NCBI GenBank assembly: GCA_038871515.1
Contig: JAVZHX010000001.1
Location: 397,638 to 461,637 of the forward strand
Origin: Candidatus Micrarchaeia archaeon
Lineage (GTDB): Archaea; Micrarchaeota; Micrarchaeia; Burarchaeales; Fermentimicrarchaeaceae
Reading direction: 5' to 3'
DNA length: 64,000 bases
In this document: positions 47,004 through 55,671 of the stretch, in pieces
How positions within the stretch are numbered: position 1 is the first letter of the stretch
Layout of the letters: each line of letters opens with the position of its first letter
The notes under the pieces: model-generated
Database searches by the model: none
The model's input: the letters and a program-made list of their open reading frames with translations, nothing else
What the model was told of the DNA's origin: nothing
Translations under genes and position numbers: made by a program

Positions 47004-47594
47004 CTACTGAATTTCATATGGTCTTACTTCCTCAAAGCTCACAACAAAGCTCTTAGGATACCTCTGCACTGACTGCTTCACCTCTTCCCTCAACTTCCTT
47101 AAGGATGCAACAAACAGAACCAGCTCCCTTCCCCTTTTCCTCTTCTCAGCTTCCCTTGCCCTCTCCATCAGTGATTCAATTTCCTTCTCTGTAACCTCCT
47201 CCCCCCACTTCACCTCCCCAACAACAAGGTACTTTGAATTCACTCCCACCGCATCAAAGCAGGCATTTCCCCAAATATTTTTAGCCTCTCCAAGGGGAGG
47301 GACTGCAAACCCTGCATGCACCAGCGCATCCCTCACCCTGTCCTTTGCAAACTTCTGCATTTTCTCCACTTCAATAATCTTTCCACTTTCCATCAGAACT
47401 TCCTGGTAGTTGCCTGTGTACTCCAATGCGCACAGAACCTTTCTTCTGAGGAGAGAAACAGGATCCTCCACCTCCTCGACTACCGCTTGCCTAACCGGCT
47501 CCTCCCTTTTAATCACCTTGCCCAGCATGGCAAGGAGACCCACCGCACCACCTCCAAGCGACCTTTTATTGGCTGACAGATAGAATTTTAGCAA
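47004..47594 (-). CDS. putative PD-(D/E)xK nuclease-fold protein, copy 2 (start uncertain; TTG 47594, GTG 47553 or ATG 47538)
   Basis: Protein is identical to copy 1 apart from the extreme termini. Confidence 0.5.
   Translation of the reverse strand: MLKFYLSANKRSLGGGAVGLLAMLGKVIKREEPVRQAVVEEVEDPVSLLRRKVLCALEYTGNYQEVLMESGKIIEVEKMQKFAKDRVRDALVHAGFAVPPLGEAKNIWGNACFDAVGVNSKYLVVGEVKWGEEVTEKEIESLMERAREAEKRKRGRELVLFVASLRKLREEVKQSVQRYPKSFVVSFEEVRPYEIQ
47030..47554. repeat. 525-bp perfect direct repeat, copy 2
   Basis: Identical to 43031-43555. Confidence 0.9.
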
Positions 47595-47698
47595 AAGGTA
47601 TATATATAACTTTTGTTTTTTTATACACAGTAAAAAATAATTTACAAACCTCTAAAAAACAGCATACAATTTTAAACTTTTAACTATAATTTTTTCTT

Positions 47699-48046
47699 AT
47701 GGGTCGAGCTATTCGTAATAACAAAAATAATAAGTGGTCCCTTATTCACATTATAACAAAACCCCAGAATAAAGCCATAATCCAGCTACTCTCAGATAAA
47801 AAACCAAGAATGCCAGTACAAATTTGTAAAGAATTAAGCAAAAGTTTTCCCAAAGCCACGTTATATCTCGCAATGAAAGAACTAGCTAAGAGAAAGTTTC
47901 TAGTCCCAATGATAATTGAGAACAAAACTAAACCTTGGAGAAGCTTAACAGAAATTTTGGGTTATACTCTGGATGAGGATCTCTACGCAATAATAAAAAC
48001 TTTAGATGAAGTCGATGAAAAAGCTGGGCGCATATCAAATAAATAA
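47699..48046 (+). CDS. winged-helix DNA-binding protein (ArsR-like)
   Basis: 115 aa with NKAIIQLLSDKKPRMPVQICKELSKSFPKATLYLAMKELAKRKFLV. Confidence 0.55.
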   Translation: MGRAIRNNKNNKWSLIHIITKPQNKAIIQLLSDKKPRMPVQICKELSKSFPKATLYLAMKELAKRKFLVPMIIENKTKPWRSLTEILGYTLDEDLYAIIKTLDEVDEKAGRISNK

Positions 48047-48865
48047 CTATTTTTTCGAAACCACAACGTACGCGTAGTCGCCCTCTATTATTCTATCTAT
48101 CTTTAATCCCGCTAGCTTATGCAAATCCTTTATCTCTTTCTTACTCCATCTATGAGAAGCGAAGACCTTTTTATCTCCCACATAGGCAGCTATATCCTGA
48201 CTTACTTCATCATATGTTATTATCGGTGGGCTACCAAATATCTCAACAACTGGATCCCATATCCAATTCTGAAAACTGTAGTCTATAAGCTCAAGATACT
48301 TCATAATATCATAACCACGTGGTCTAAGATGGATGGGTATCCTTTTAATGGCCGTGCTATCTATTTTCATGTCCTGTGGTAACTTATAAAGCATCAAAAC
48401 TATTCTATCTTCATCATTCATCAACATCCTCACTTTTCTTAAGACCCTTAGTCTATCTCTTGGTGGGAAATTACCCAACGTATTCACCAAACAGATAAAA
48501 ATTATTGGATGAACCCTATTTTTAATGAACCTTTTTGTTCTACTCAGATCTCTAAAATCTTCATGAATAAGCACTACCCGTTTAAGATATCTTTTAGCAA
48601 CATTCTTACAGAAATCTAACATATACTTCGAGAAATCTACTCCAATAATTGTGTGGATGTTTTTTATTTTATCTAGCCACTCCAACTCCCTACCTGGCCC
48701 TATTCCAAGATCTACTACAATTTTTTCACTATTTGGATGATAGCTATTTATAAAATCAACCAAATGCCTTTCATCAATAATATCTAATTTCTTCTGGTAA
48801 GCTTTATAAAAAGCTTCGGGAGCTTTAACAGATCTGTACAAGTCTACCCATTCATATTTTTTCAC
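48047..48865 (-). CDS. class I SAM-dependent methyltransferase, cassette copy B (intact)
   Basis: Motif I is VVDLGIGPGRELEW, followed by IGVDFSKYML and LVNTLGNF. No DNA-methyltransferase DPPY/NPPY or PC motif seen. Confidence 0.75.
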   Translation of the reverse strand: MKKYEWVDLYRSVKAPEAFYKAYQKKLDIIDERHLVDFINSYHPNSEKIVVDLGIGPGRELEWLDKIKNIHTIIGVDFSKYMLDFCKNVAKRYLKRVVLIHEDFRDLSRTKRFIKNRVHPIIFICLVNTLGNFPPRDRLRVLRKVRMLMNDEDRIVLMLYKLPQDMKIDSTAIKRIPIHLRPRGYDIMKYLELIDYSFQNWIWDPVVEIFGSPPIITYDEVSQDIAAYVGDKKVFASHRWSKKEIKDLHKLAGLKIDRIIEGDYAYVVVSKK

Positions 48866-48869
48866 AAAA

Positions 48870-49469
48870 TCACTTCAAATGTTTAAGAGGTAACTTAACA
48901 TTTTTAACATACTCCATCGGTGATGGTACTTCAACAGGATCAAAGAACCATTTTCCTTTCAGCTCAAAAGGTCGTATACTCCATATTTTTTCTATCCACC
49001 CCTGTTTAATCAATGTTTCTCCAAATTCCTGGTACTCATTCAAATCCTGCGTAGTAATTATCAAAAGCAGATCCCATTCAGTGCCTTGGAGAGCGTAAGC
49101 CTGTCGTATTATATTTATCCCCAATTCCCGTTCAGTTTCCTTTAGTTTTTCTATAATTTCTGTCCATCCTCTCGGATAGTTTATTTCAACTCCAATAACC
49201 GGTGGAGAAAGATTAGCCTTAACCATTACGATTAAGTATTCATCCCATAATTTGATTGGATCAATAAGTGCAGAATTTGTTTTTAAAATTACACCTTTTT
49301 TACTTAAGATTGAAATCCTATCTTTAACCTCATCCTTATTTATTCTCAATTTTTTTGCTATATCGCTCACTTCTCGATCTGTCAGATCTCTACCTGCTAG
49401 AAGTAATTTAAGTATCCGCAAATCTACTTCATCTAATTTTTCCCGGATTACTTTTTTCCATATACCCAT
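48870..49469 (-). CDS. Lrp/AsnC-like regulator, cassette copy B
   Basis: Contains LDEVDLRILKLLLAGRDLTDREVSDIAKKLRINKDEVKDRISILSKKGVI. The C-terminal domain is nearly identical in pattern to copy A. Start taken at ATG 49469. Confidence 0.7.
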   Translation of the reverse strand: MGIWKKVIREKLDEVDLRILKLLLAGRDLTDREVSDIAKKLRINKDEVKDRISILSKKGVILKTNSALIDPIKLWDEYLIVMVKANLSPPVIGVEINYPRGWTEIIEKLKETERELGINIIRQAYALQGTEWDLLLIITTQDLNEYQEFGETLIKQGWIEKIWSIRPFELKGKWFFDPVEVPSPMEYVKNVKLPLKHLK

Positions 49470-49629
49470 ATTCTCCCATATTTTCTCTCCTTCCAAGTTA
49501 AAAATCTTTTGTTTGTTAACCACACGACTAGCTCCCGAATTCCCGCAAATCACTTAGAGATACCCAACAAACAGATGCATAATTTATAAAGCAAATACAG
49601 TAATCTACCAATAATCATCAACCAACAAC

Positions 49630-50085
49630 TCAACCAAGTGGTTTCGCCACAAACCTTCTTTTTCCTAAATTTTCTAACTCTTCTACTAACCATTGTTTAC
49701 CGATACGACTTTGAATAACTCTCCTCAACTCATCTTCAAGATTTTCCTTATTTGTATATGCTGCGTATTCTCCGATACATTCTGAGCGAATTTTTACCAA
49801 TTTAGCATCTAAATTAAAATCTGCATTAAATTTTACTAATATATCCTCTTTGAATCCACCCCATTTCCTTTCCTTCCCGCTCATCTTCAATTGCCAGTTT
49901 ATCATTTTATCATGCTTCAAAGAAATTTTAGTTTCTTTCACCCCTTCTTCATCCTCTTTCCTACCCACCAACAGAGTCCTGTTCTCCTCTAAACTATGTG
50001 GCTCTTTCTTGAGACTTATTCCAAAAACCATTGCTTCATCTTTTGCCGAAGATTTTCTTAAACCCTGCATACTATTAAATCTCAT
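49630..50085 (-). CDS. hypothetical protein, cassette copy B
   Basis: 151 aa, distant paralog of 42551-42985. Confidence 0.55.
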   Translation of the reverse strand: MRFNSMQGLRKSSAKDEAMVFGISLKKEPHSLEENRTLLVGRKEDEEGVKETKISLKHDKMINWQLKMSGKERKWGGFKEDILVKFNADFNLDAKLVKIRSECIGEYAAYTNKENLEDELRRVIQSRIGKQWLVEELENLGKRRFVAKPLG

Positions 50086-50177
50086 TTTATATATTTAAAA
50101 TAATAAGTCAATTGAAATACCAAAGAAGAAATAGGCAAATTTATTTATATCTCCCAACAATAGTCTAATGAGCTACT

Positions 50178-50537
50178 ATGCCAGAAACAATGGAAAGTGT
50201 TTTGGATGATTTACTAAAAGAGGAGGATATACTAGCAGTAATGCTTGCCAGAAAAAATGAAGTTTCGATAAGACCTTCTCCTGACAAATTTAAGTTAAAA
50301 AACCCCGCGATATTTAATATACTGCAATCGACAATGGACGAATTTTTTACAGTGATAGAGAAATTTTCAGAGCAAGGGTTAGATAAAGTCTATTTTGAAC
50401 TTGGTGATTACGAAGTAATGTTTTTCCTCATATCCGGAGGTACCGCTTTGGTAGCGATAATACCTGCGTTAGCTAATAAAGGTTTACTGGAAGTTGAAAT
50501 GGAAAATGCACGAAGAGCAATCAAGAAAATGATATGA
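50178..50537 (+). CDS. Roadblock/LC7 (MglB-like) domain protein
   Basis: 119 aa. DILAVMLARKNEV...GDYEVMFFLISGGTALVAIIPALANKGLLEVEMENARRAI follows the Roadblock pattern. Confidence 0.55.
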   Translation: MPETMESVLDDLLKEEDILAVMLARKNEVSIRPSPDKFKLKNPAIFNILQSTMDEFFTVIEKFSEQGLDKVYFELGDYEVMFFLISGGTALVAIIPALANKGLLEVEMENARRAIKKMI

Positions 50538-51818
50538 GTGGTCCTTATGGTTTTTGAAACTCTTACAGTAATAAGTCGTAATTTTAATGCATATGAAGCT
50601 GGTGAAGAAATCGGGAGACAGATCATAGAAAAACTTAAAAAAAATCCTACATTTATTCTACTTTTTTCAACAATTCATTATGAAAAATACGGAGGCTTTC
50701 AAAAATTCCTGGATTCTATAAATATGCAATTACCACAAAAAACTCCAATTATAGGTGGTACCGTAGCGGGTTTTATGGATAATACTGGTTGCTATAGTAG
50801 AGGAGCCGTCGCACTTGCCGTTTATTCTAATGAAATTAAAATAGCAGTTGGAGTTGGCCATAACACTAAAAAAAATCCTAAAAAAGCAGCAGAAGAATGC
50901 GCCCAAATGATAAAGCAAAACCTTAACATCAAGGAAAACAATATCGTCTCATTATTATTTACATCTGGACCGACTAAACCAATATTCCCAATCATCGGTA
51001 AAAAATGGGTTATAAAATCCGGCTTAGTTAGCCATTTTTCAGTTCCTTTTTTTGAATTATCAACTCGGATACTCCAATTAGGTTATGGCAGAGAAGAAGA
51101 AGTCTTTCGAGAATTAGTATCTCTGCTCCCCAATTCCTACTTCTTAGGTGCTTCTTGTTCCGATAATAATCAAGTCTTACGCAATTTCCAGTTTTTCAAT
51201 AATTCTGTTTTTACTAACTCAGCAGTCATATTAACAATGTCAACTAAAAACACCCCCACCATCTCTAGTATCCATGGTTTATTACCAACCAATCGTAAAA
51301 TACACATCACAAGAAAAAGTTCCGGAGGACGCATAATATCTAAAATTAATGGAAAATCTGCAACAAGAAAGTATCTGGAGGCGATAGGGTTACCAGAGGA
51401 TATGATAGATGAACAATTACATCGAAAAAGTTTTTTCTATCCTCTTGCATACAAGAATTTAGATGGTAAAATATGCCCCGCCGCAGTTGGAGCTTACCTT
51501 AAGGACTCGTTCTCCTTTTCCTATGGAGTTGAATCTGACGAATTAGAATTAATGGCCTTCTCTGGAAGGAGTATGGCTGAGAATGTAGACTCAATCATAC
51601 AAAACGAAATAAAAAAATCAATCAAATTTCTTTTCGGTGTAATTTGTTGCTCTTGGCTTGAGACGTTGGGAAGCGGGATTTTCAGAATAAATGAAAAGAT
51701 TAGTTCAAGACTGTCAAAGCCTTATCTTTTTATATTCTCTCTTGGAGAAGAAATTTATGCGCCCGGTCAGCATCCCTGTCACCTAAATGAAACTTTTAAT
51801 ACTCTAACTCTAAGCTGA
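50538..51818 (+). CDS. FIST-domain-like sensor protein
   Basis: 426 aa. Contains PTFILLFSTIHY...KTPIIGGTVAGFMDN...GAVALAVYSN and a C-terminal half with repeated G-rich turns. Abuts the Roadblock gene stop. Confidence 0.5.
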   Translation: MVLMVFETLTVISRNFNAYEAGEEIGRQIIEKLKKNPTFILLFSTIHYEKYGGFQKFLDSINMQLPQKTPIIGGTVAGFMDNTGCYSRGAVALAVYSNEIKIAVGVGHNTKKNPKKAAEECAQMIKQNLNIKENNIVSLLFTSGPTKPIFPIIGKKWVIKSGLVSHFSVPFFELSTRILQLGYGREEEVFRELVSLLPNSYFLGASCSDNNQVLRNFQFFNNSVFTNSAVILTMSTKNTPTISSIHGLLPTNRKIHITRKSSGGRIISKINGKSATRKYLEAIGLPEDMIDEQLHRKSFFYPLAYKNLDGKICPAAVGAYLKDSFSFSYGVESDELELMAFSGRSMAENVDSIIQNEIKKSIKFLFGVICCSWLETLGSGIFRINEKISSRLSKPYLFIFSLGEEIYAPGQHPCHLNETFNTLTLS

Positions 51819-52961
51819 CTTCAAAATTTTTTCAGTTAACTCCCAATCTCTTAACAATACCATTTTATCAAATTCCATTGCTGAAAATGAATTAGACATC
51901 AGTCCTAAAAGTAGCAAATACTTTTTTCTTCGTTTTATCCCCATTGCCTTATACACGCAATCCATAATTATTTTAGACTTCTTTATAAATGGAATTTTTT
52001 TATCTACCAATCTCTCATATTCCATTTCCTTGTCAGTCCCTATAATCCTCCCCAATATGGTCCCGCATATAATCGCAGGTATAAAACCTTCAACAAATGG
52101 CTTAATATTTTGATTTGCAGCGTCACCAACTACAAAGAGATTATCATAATTATATCTTGTCTTTGGGTCTCTAAATGGAGCAATTTTACTCTTTTCCACT
52201 ATTCTTATTGAATTCTTTGTTTGGTTCTTCAACCATCTGTTTTTGATTAACTTATCAAAACATTTTTTTAAATTTATATTCGGTGACAAAGAAGCAACAC
52301 CCACATTCGCACTATTTTCGTTTTTAGGAAAAACATAACCAAATGTATTAGGAATGTACCCCCCAAAATAGAATTGTTCTAGATTACTTTCACTTAGATT
52401 CATATTACTCAATTCCCAACTATAAACATTTAAATGTCCATTACTCATTTTGTTACAAACTCCCATTTTTTCAAGAACTAAAGAAGGATATCCATCAGCA
52501 GCAATAAAATACTCCGCTCTAAAACGGCACTTTCCACATTTTTTCCTCACCATTACTTCTTTTATGCCAATTCCTTTCTTGTAGAAAACATCTATTACTT
52601 CAGTATTAGTTAACAAATCAACTCCGGCTTCTTCAGCGTTTTTAGCTAACCACTCCTCCACTTTCCTTCTATCTATTGAGTAACCACTCCACTCTTTGCC
52701 TCTTTTAACAACTTCGATATTATCATATTTAAAACTCAATCCATCTATCCGCCATTCAAGAAACTCTGAAGGAATTTCAAATGGCATACGATCTAAAACA
52801 TAATCACTAACGGCCTCTCCACAACGTACTGGATTCCCAATTTCGTTTTTTTTCTCAATACACAACACTCTTCTACCTCTTTTTGCTACCGTCTTTGCCG
52901 CGCTTAAACCTGCAGGTCCACCACCAACAACAATTACATCATACTTTTCCATCATTACCAC
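51810..52961 (-). CDS. geranylgeranyl reductase family FAD-dependent oxidoreductase
   Basis: Contains YDVIVVGGGPAGLSAAKTVAKRG.RVLCIEKK..IG.PVRCGE and VGDAA. Confidence 0.8.
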   Translation of the reverse strand: MVMMEKYDVIVVGGGPAGLSAAKTVAKRGRRVLCIEKKNEIGNPVRCGEAVSDYVLDRMPFEIPSEFLEWRIDGLSFKYDNIEVVKRGKEWSGYSIDRRKVEEWLAKNAEEAGVDLLTNTEVIDVFYKKGIGIKEVMVRKKCGKCRFRAEYFIAADGYPSLVLEKMGVCNKMSNGHLNVYSWELSNMNLSESNLEQFYFGGYIPNTFGYVFPKNENSANVGVASLSPNINLKKCFDKLIKNRWLKNQTKNSIRIVEKSKIAPFRDPKTRYNYDNLFVVGDAANQNIKPFVEGFIPAIICGTILGRIIGTDKEMEYERLVDKKIPFIKKSKIIMDCVYKAMGIKRRKKYLLLLGLMSNSFSAMEFDKMVLLRDWELTEKILKSA

Positions 52962-54010
52962 CCATACTTATGGGCTAGCTCAAAGGTTTTTGCAAAATTT
53001 TTATATTTTTGGGAATGAGATTCCCCAATTGCCTTTATCATTTCCATCAATTGCCTATTGTTCATTTTCTCAAGTCTTGTAAAAACATGCATATACCATC
53101 TACCATTGTAATTTGAACTCTTCCATTTTGTTTCATACAATGCAGGATTGCCTCGAAGTATAGCCTCGGCAGCATATTTCCCAGCAATCATACCACTTCT
53201 TATACCCCCCTTCGTTATCGGATTTGTCTGAAAAGCAGCATCTCCAATAAACAATACCCTCCCAACATGATACTTATCCATACCCCCATACCCAACAACT
53301 CTAGAATGCCTCTCTAAAATTACTTTTTCCCCCACCTCTTCTTTAACATTAATATTTTTAAATAAAGGGAAGCCTATTTTTGTGGTTTTTCCGTTTGGGA
53401 ATACCCATTTATAATCCCCGCAGTACTTTTGATCGTATATAAATAGTAGAGTCCCATGTCCAACTTCATTTCCAACTACGATAAATTGCGCAAATAGTCT
53501 TTTCAACCCGCCCGAGCTCCCTAGACATTTTCTAATTATTGAGTTAGTACCGTCTGCGGCTATCACATAATCAAACTTCTCCCTCCCCTCTAAAAAACTA
53601 ACAATTGGTTTCTCGTACGGCTTTTCAATTCCAACGACAGTTTTATTCTGAAAATGTCCCCCTAGCCTTTGAAACTTATTAATTACATTATTCAAAAAAC
53701 ATCTTCTATCAATTAGATACCCATCCGTTTTGATATCCAACTTAAACCCACCCGGATAAACATCTCTAATTAAATCTACTTTCTCTATAACTCCATAGGG
53801 TCTTATTGGCTCTAGTTCCTGAAAAGCTTTTTTACTAATTCCCTCTCCACACATTTTATGATACTTCTTATAATGATTCTTCTTAAGTTTCTCTACGAGA
53901 GTTACTACCATCCTTTCATCTTTATCTAAAAATTTTAAGAAAAAAGCAGCACTCACTCCGCTAGGTCCCGCACCGACCACTAATACTCTACATTTTTCCA
54001 TCTCAATCAC
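52955..54010 (-). CDS. geranylgeranyl reductase-like FAD-dependent oxidoreductase, divergent paralog
   Basis: Contains VLVVGAGPSGVSAAFFL, CGEGIS and IGDAAFQTNPITKGGI. Confidence 0.7.
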   Translation of the reverse strand: MIEMEKCRVLVVGAGPSGVSAAFFLKFLDKDERMVVTLVEKLKKNHYKKYHKMCGEGISKKAFQELEPIRPYGVIEKVDLIRDVYPGGFKLDIKTDGYLIDRRCFLNNVINKFQRLGGHFQNKTVVGIEKPYEKPIVSFLEGREKFDYVIAADGTNSIIRKCLGSSGGLKRLFAQFIVVGNEVGHGTLLFIYDQKYCGDYKWVFPNGKTTKIGFPLFKNINVKEEVGEKVILERHSRVVGYGGMDKYHVGRVLFIGDAAFQTNPITKGGIRSGMIAGKYAAEAILRGNPALYETKWKSSNYNGRWYMHVFTRLEKMNNRQLMEMIKAIGESHSQKYKNFAKTFELAHKYGW

Positions 54011-54124
54011 ATTGTTATATACTATAATTCTTAAGAATAAATAAACTTACTAATTATTTAACCCACACAAAATTTTGATAACCAATATATCATAATTTTA
54101 TTTCAAAAATCCCCAACGTACAAA

Positions 54125-54763
54125 TCAATCATCCATCCTCCATATTCCATTTTCTCCTGCCCTCACCTCAATCTGTCTAACAATTATCTCATCCGGCGTA
54201 TCTATCATCAAAAATTCATACTGCGCCCTTATTAATCTATTTGCATACCCCCCAACGATATGATACGCCAAATCAAAAAACATGAATGCCGCAAAGTAAA
54301 TCGGTTCAAACATCCCTCCAAGAACTAAAAGCAACATCACCACTTCCATACTTACTCTGTAATGAAAGAATGTTTTCAGAGTTTTTGAATTTATCAACCC
54401 AAGGTCTGCCCTATTATTTCCCACCTCATCAACAATAGCACCGAAAACAAGCGCAGCTGTGGGAAGCCAGTTTATCACTATATTCCTTGTCAAGAAAAGT
54501 GGAACTGCAAAAGCCAGAATAGCTCCAATGAAAAACGGATTTGTATCTATCTTCCTGGTTATTGCAACCCCCATAATAACAGCAAGAAATATTGAGGATG
54601 CCTGAATATCTGAGCCAATCATATACCCCATTACAACCCCACAAACTAAACCAAGTACAACTGCAACTCTCCTGTCAAACACTCCCTCATCATACACGCA
54701 GTCAATATACTTCAACCCTGCCCCAAGAAAAGCAAAGCTAGCAAGCAAAAACCAATGCTCCAT
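54125..54763 (-). CDS. polytopic membrane protein, hypothetical
   Basis: 6-7 hydrophobic segments. Start taken at ATG 54763. Confidence 0.5.
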   Translation of the reverse strand: MEHWFLLASFAFLGAGLKYIDCVYDEGVFDRRVAVVLGLVCGVVMGYMIGSDIQASSIFLAVIMGVAITRKIDTNPFFIGAILAFAVPLFLTRNIVINWLPTAALVFGAIVDEVGNNRADLGLINSKTLKTFFHYRVSMEVVMLLLVLGGMFEPIYFAAFMFFDLAYHIVGGYANRLIRAQYEFLMIDTPDEIIVRQIEVRAGENGIWRMDD

Positions 54764-54813
54764 ATCACCACATCTGGTCGCAGTTTTTTTATTCACTCCA
54801 AACTATTTATACT

Positions 54814-55263
54814 TTATGCTTTTGTCACCCTAAACCCATTCGTCACTCTCTTCACAAGCTTCTGGAATGCGCGCCCCCTATCCCTCAGCTCAACAAACAG
54901 CTGAGCAGAATTGTCACTTCGTATAATATCAACCACCCTCACCTCCCTTTTCACAGGCGCAATAAGGGTGTCAATATCTGAGAAACGCCCCCTTCCCCCA
55001 CCAGAAACAGTGATCATCCCTATACCCTTCATTATATAAAACTGAATATTCCCTCTCACCACCCTATCAAGTATCCCAACCGCCCTGTCGCACTCACTTT
55101 CCTTCACATAGAACTTCAGCTCATCCTCCTCCACTCCCACTCCATAAACATTTATACCTGCCTTGCCCAACGAGCCAAGCACCTCAATAAGCATCCTGCG
55201 ATTTTTTGGATTTCCCTTAACCACAACATTTGCCAATGGGTGCTTCAGCATTCTCACTTCCAT
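54814..55263 (-). CDS. ACT-domain-like small protein
   Basis: 149 aa with two beta-alpha-beta-beta-alpha-beta-like halves (VLGSLGKAGINVYGV..., FVELRDRGRAFQKL). Moderate support. Confidence 0.45.
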   Translation of the reverse strand: MEVRMLKHPLANVVVKGNPKNRRMLIEVLGSLGKAGINVYGVGVEEDELKFYVKESECDRAVGILDRVVRGNIQFYIMKGIGMITVSGGGRGRFSDIDTLIAPVKREVRVVDIIRSDNSAQLFVELRDRGRAFQKLVKRVTNGFRVTKA

Positions 55264-55355
55264 AACCAGTAATTACGAATAATGAATATTTAAAAACAAC
55301 ATATTCACTGGGAAGTTACCCCTGCAAGAGCTTTATAAGCGCGCCAATAACCATA

Positions 55356-55666
55356 ATGGATGAAAGGAGGAAATGTTTAAATATATCATATGTGATATCA
55401 ATGTGGATATGGGAATGGAGAGGTAAACCTCTCTTCATCTCTGCACATGCGATGGACGAGCTGAAAAAGCTTAACTGGCGTATGGAAAGAGCCCTTGAAA
55501 TCTTGGAAGATGGGCATACTGCACAACAAAGGATGAGAAAAACAAGGGAAAGATGGCCAGATGCCTAAGAATAGGAGGAAAAACCTACAGGGTTGTGGTT
55601 GGCGAATCTTACTCAATTCATTATAAATGTGAATGTTGGGTGCTGGTGCACGTGAAACCGGAGTAG
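55356..55666 (+). pseudogene. DUF4258-like toxin gene disrupted by a frameshift
   Basis: Frame A gives ...FISAHAMDELKKLNWRMERALEILEDG... and stops at 55568. Another frame continues DEKNKGKMARCLRIGGKTYRVVVGES...LVHVKPE* to 55666. Confidence 0.45.
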
Positions 55667-55671
55667 TCAAC

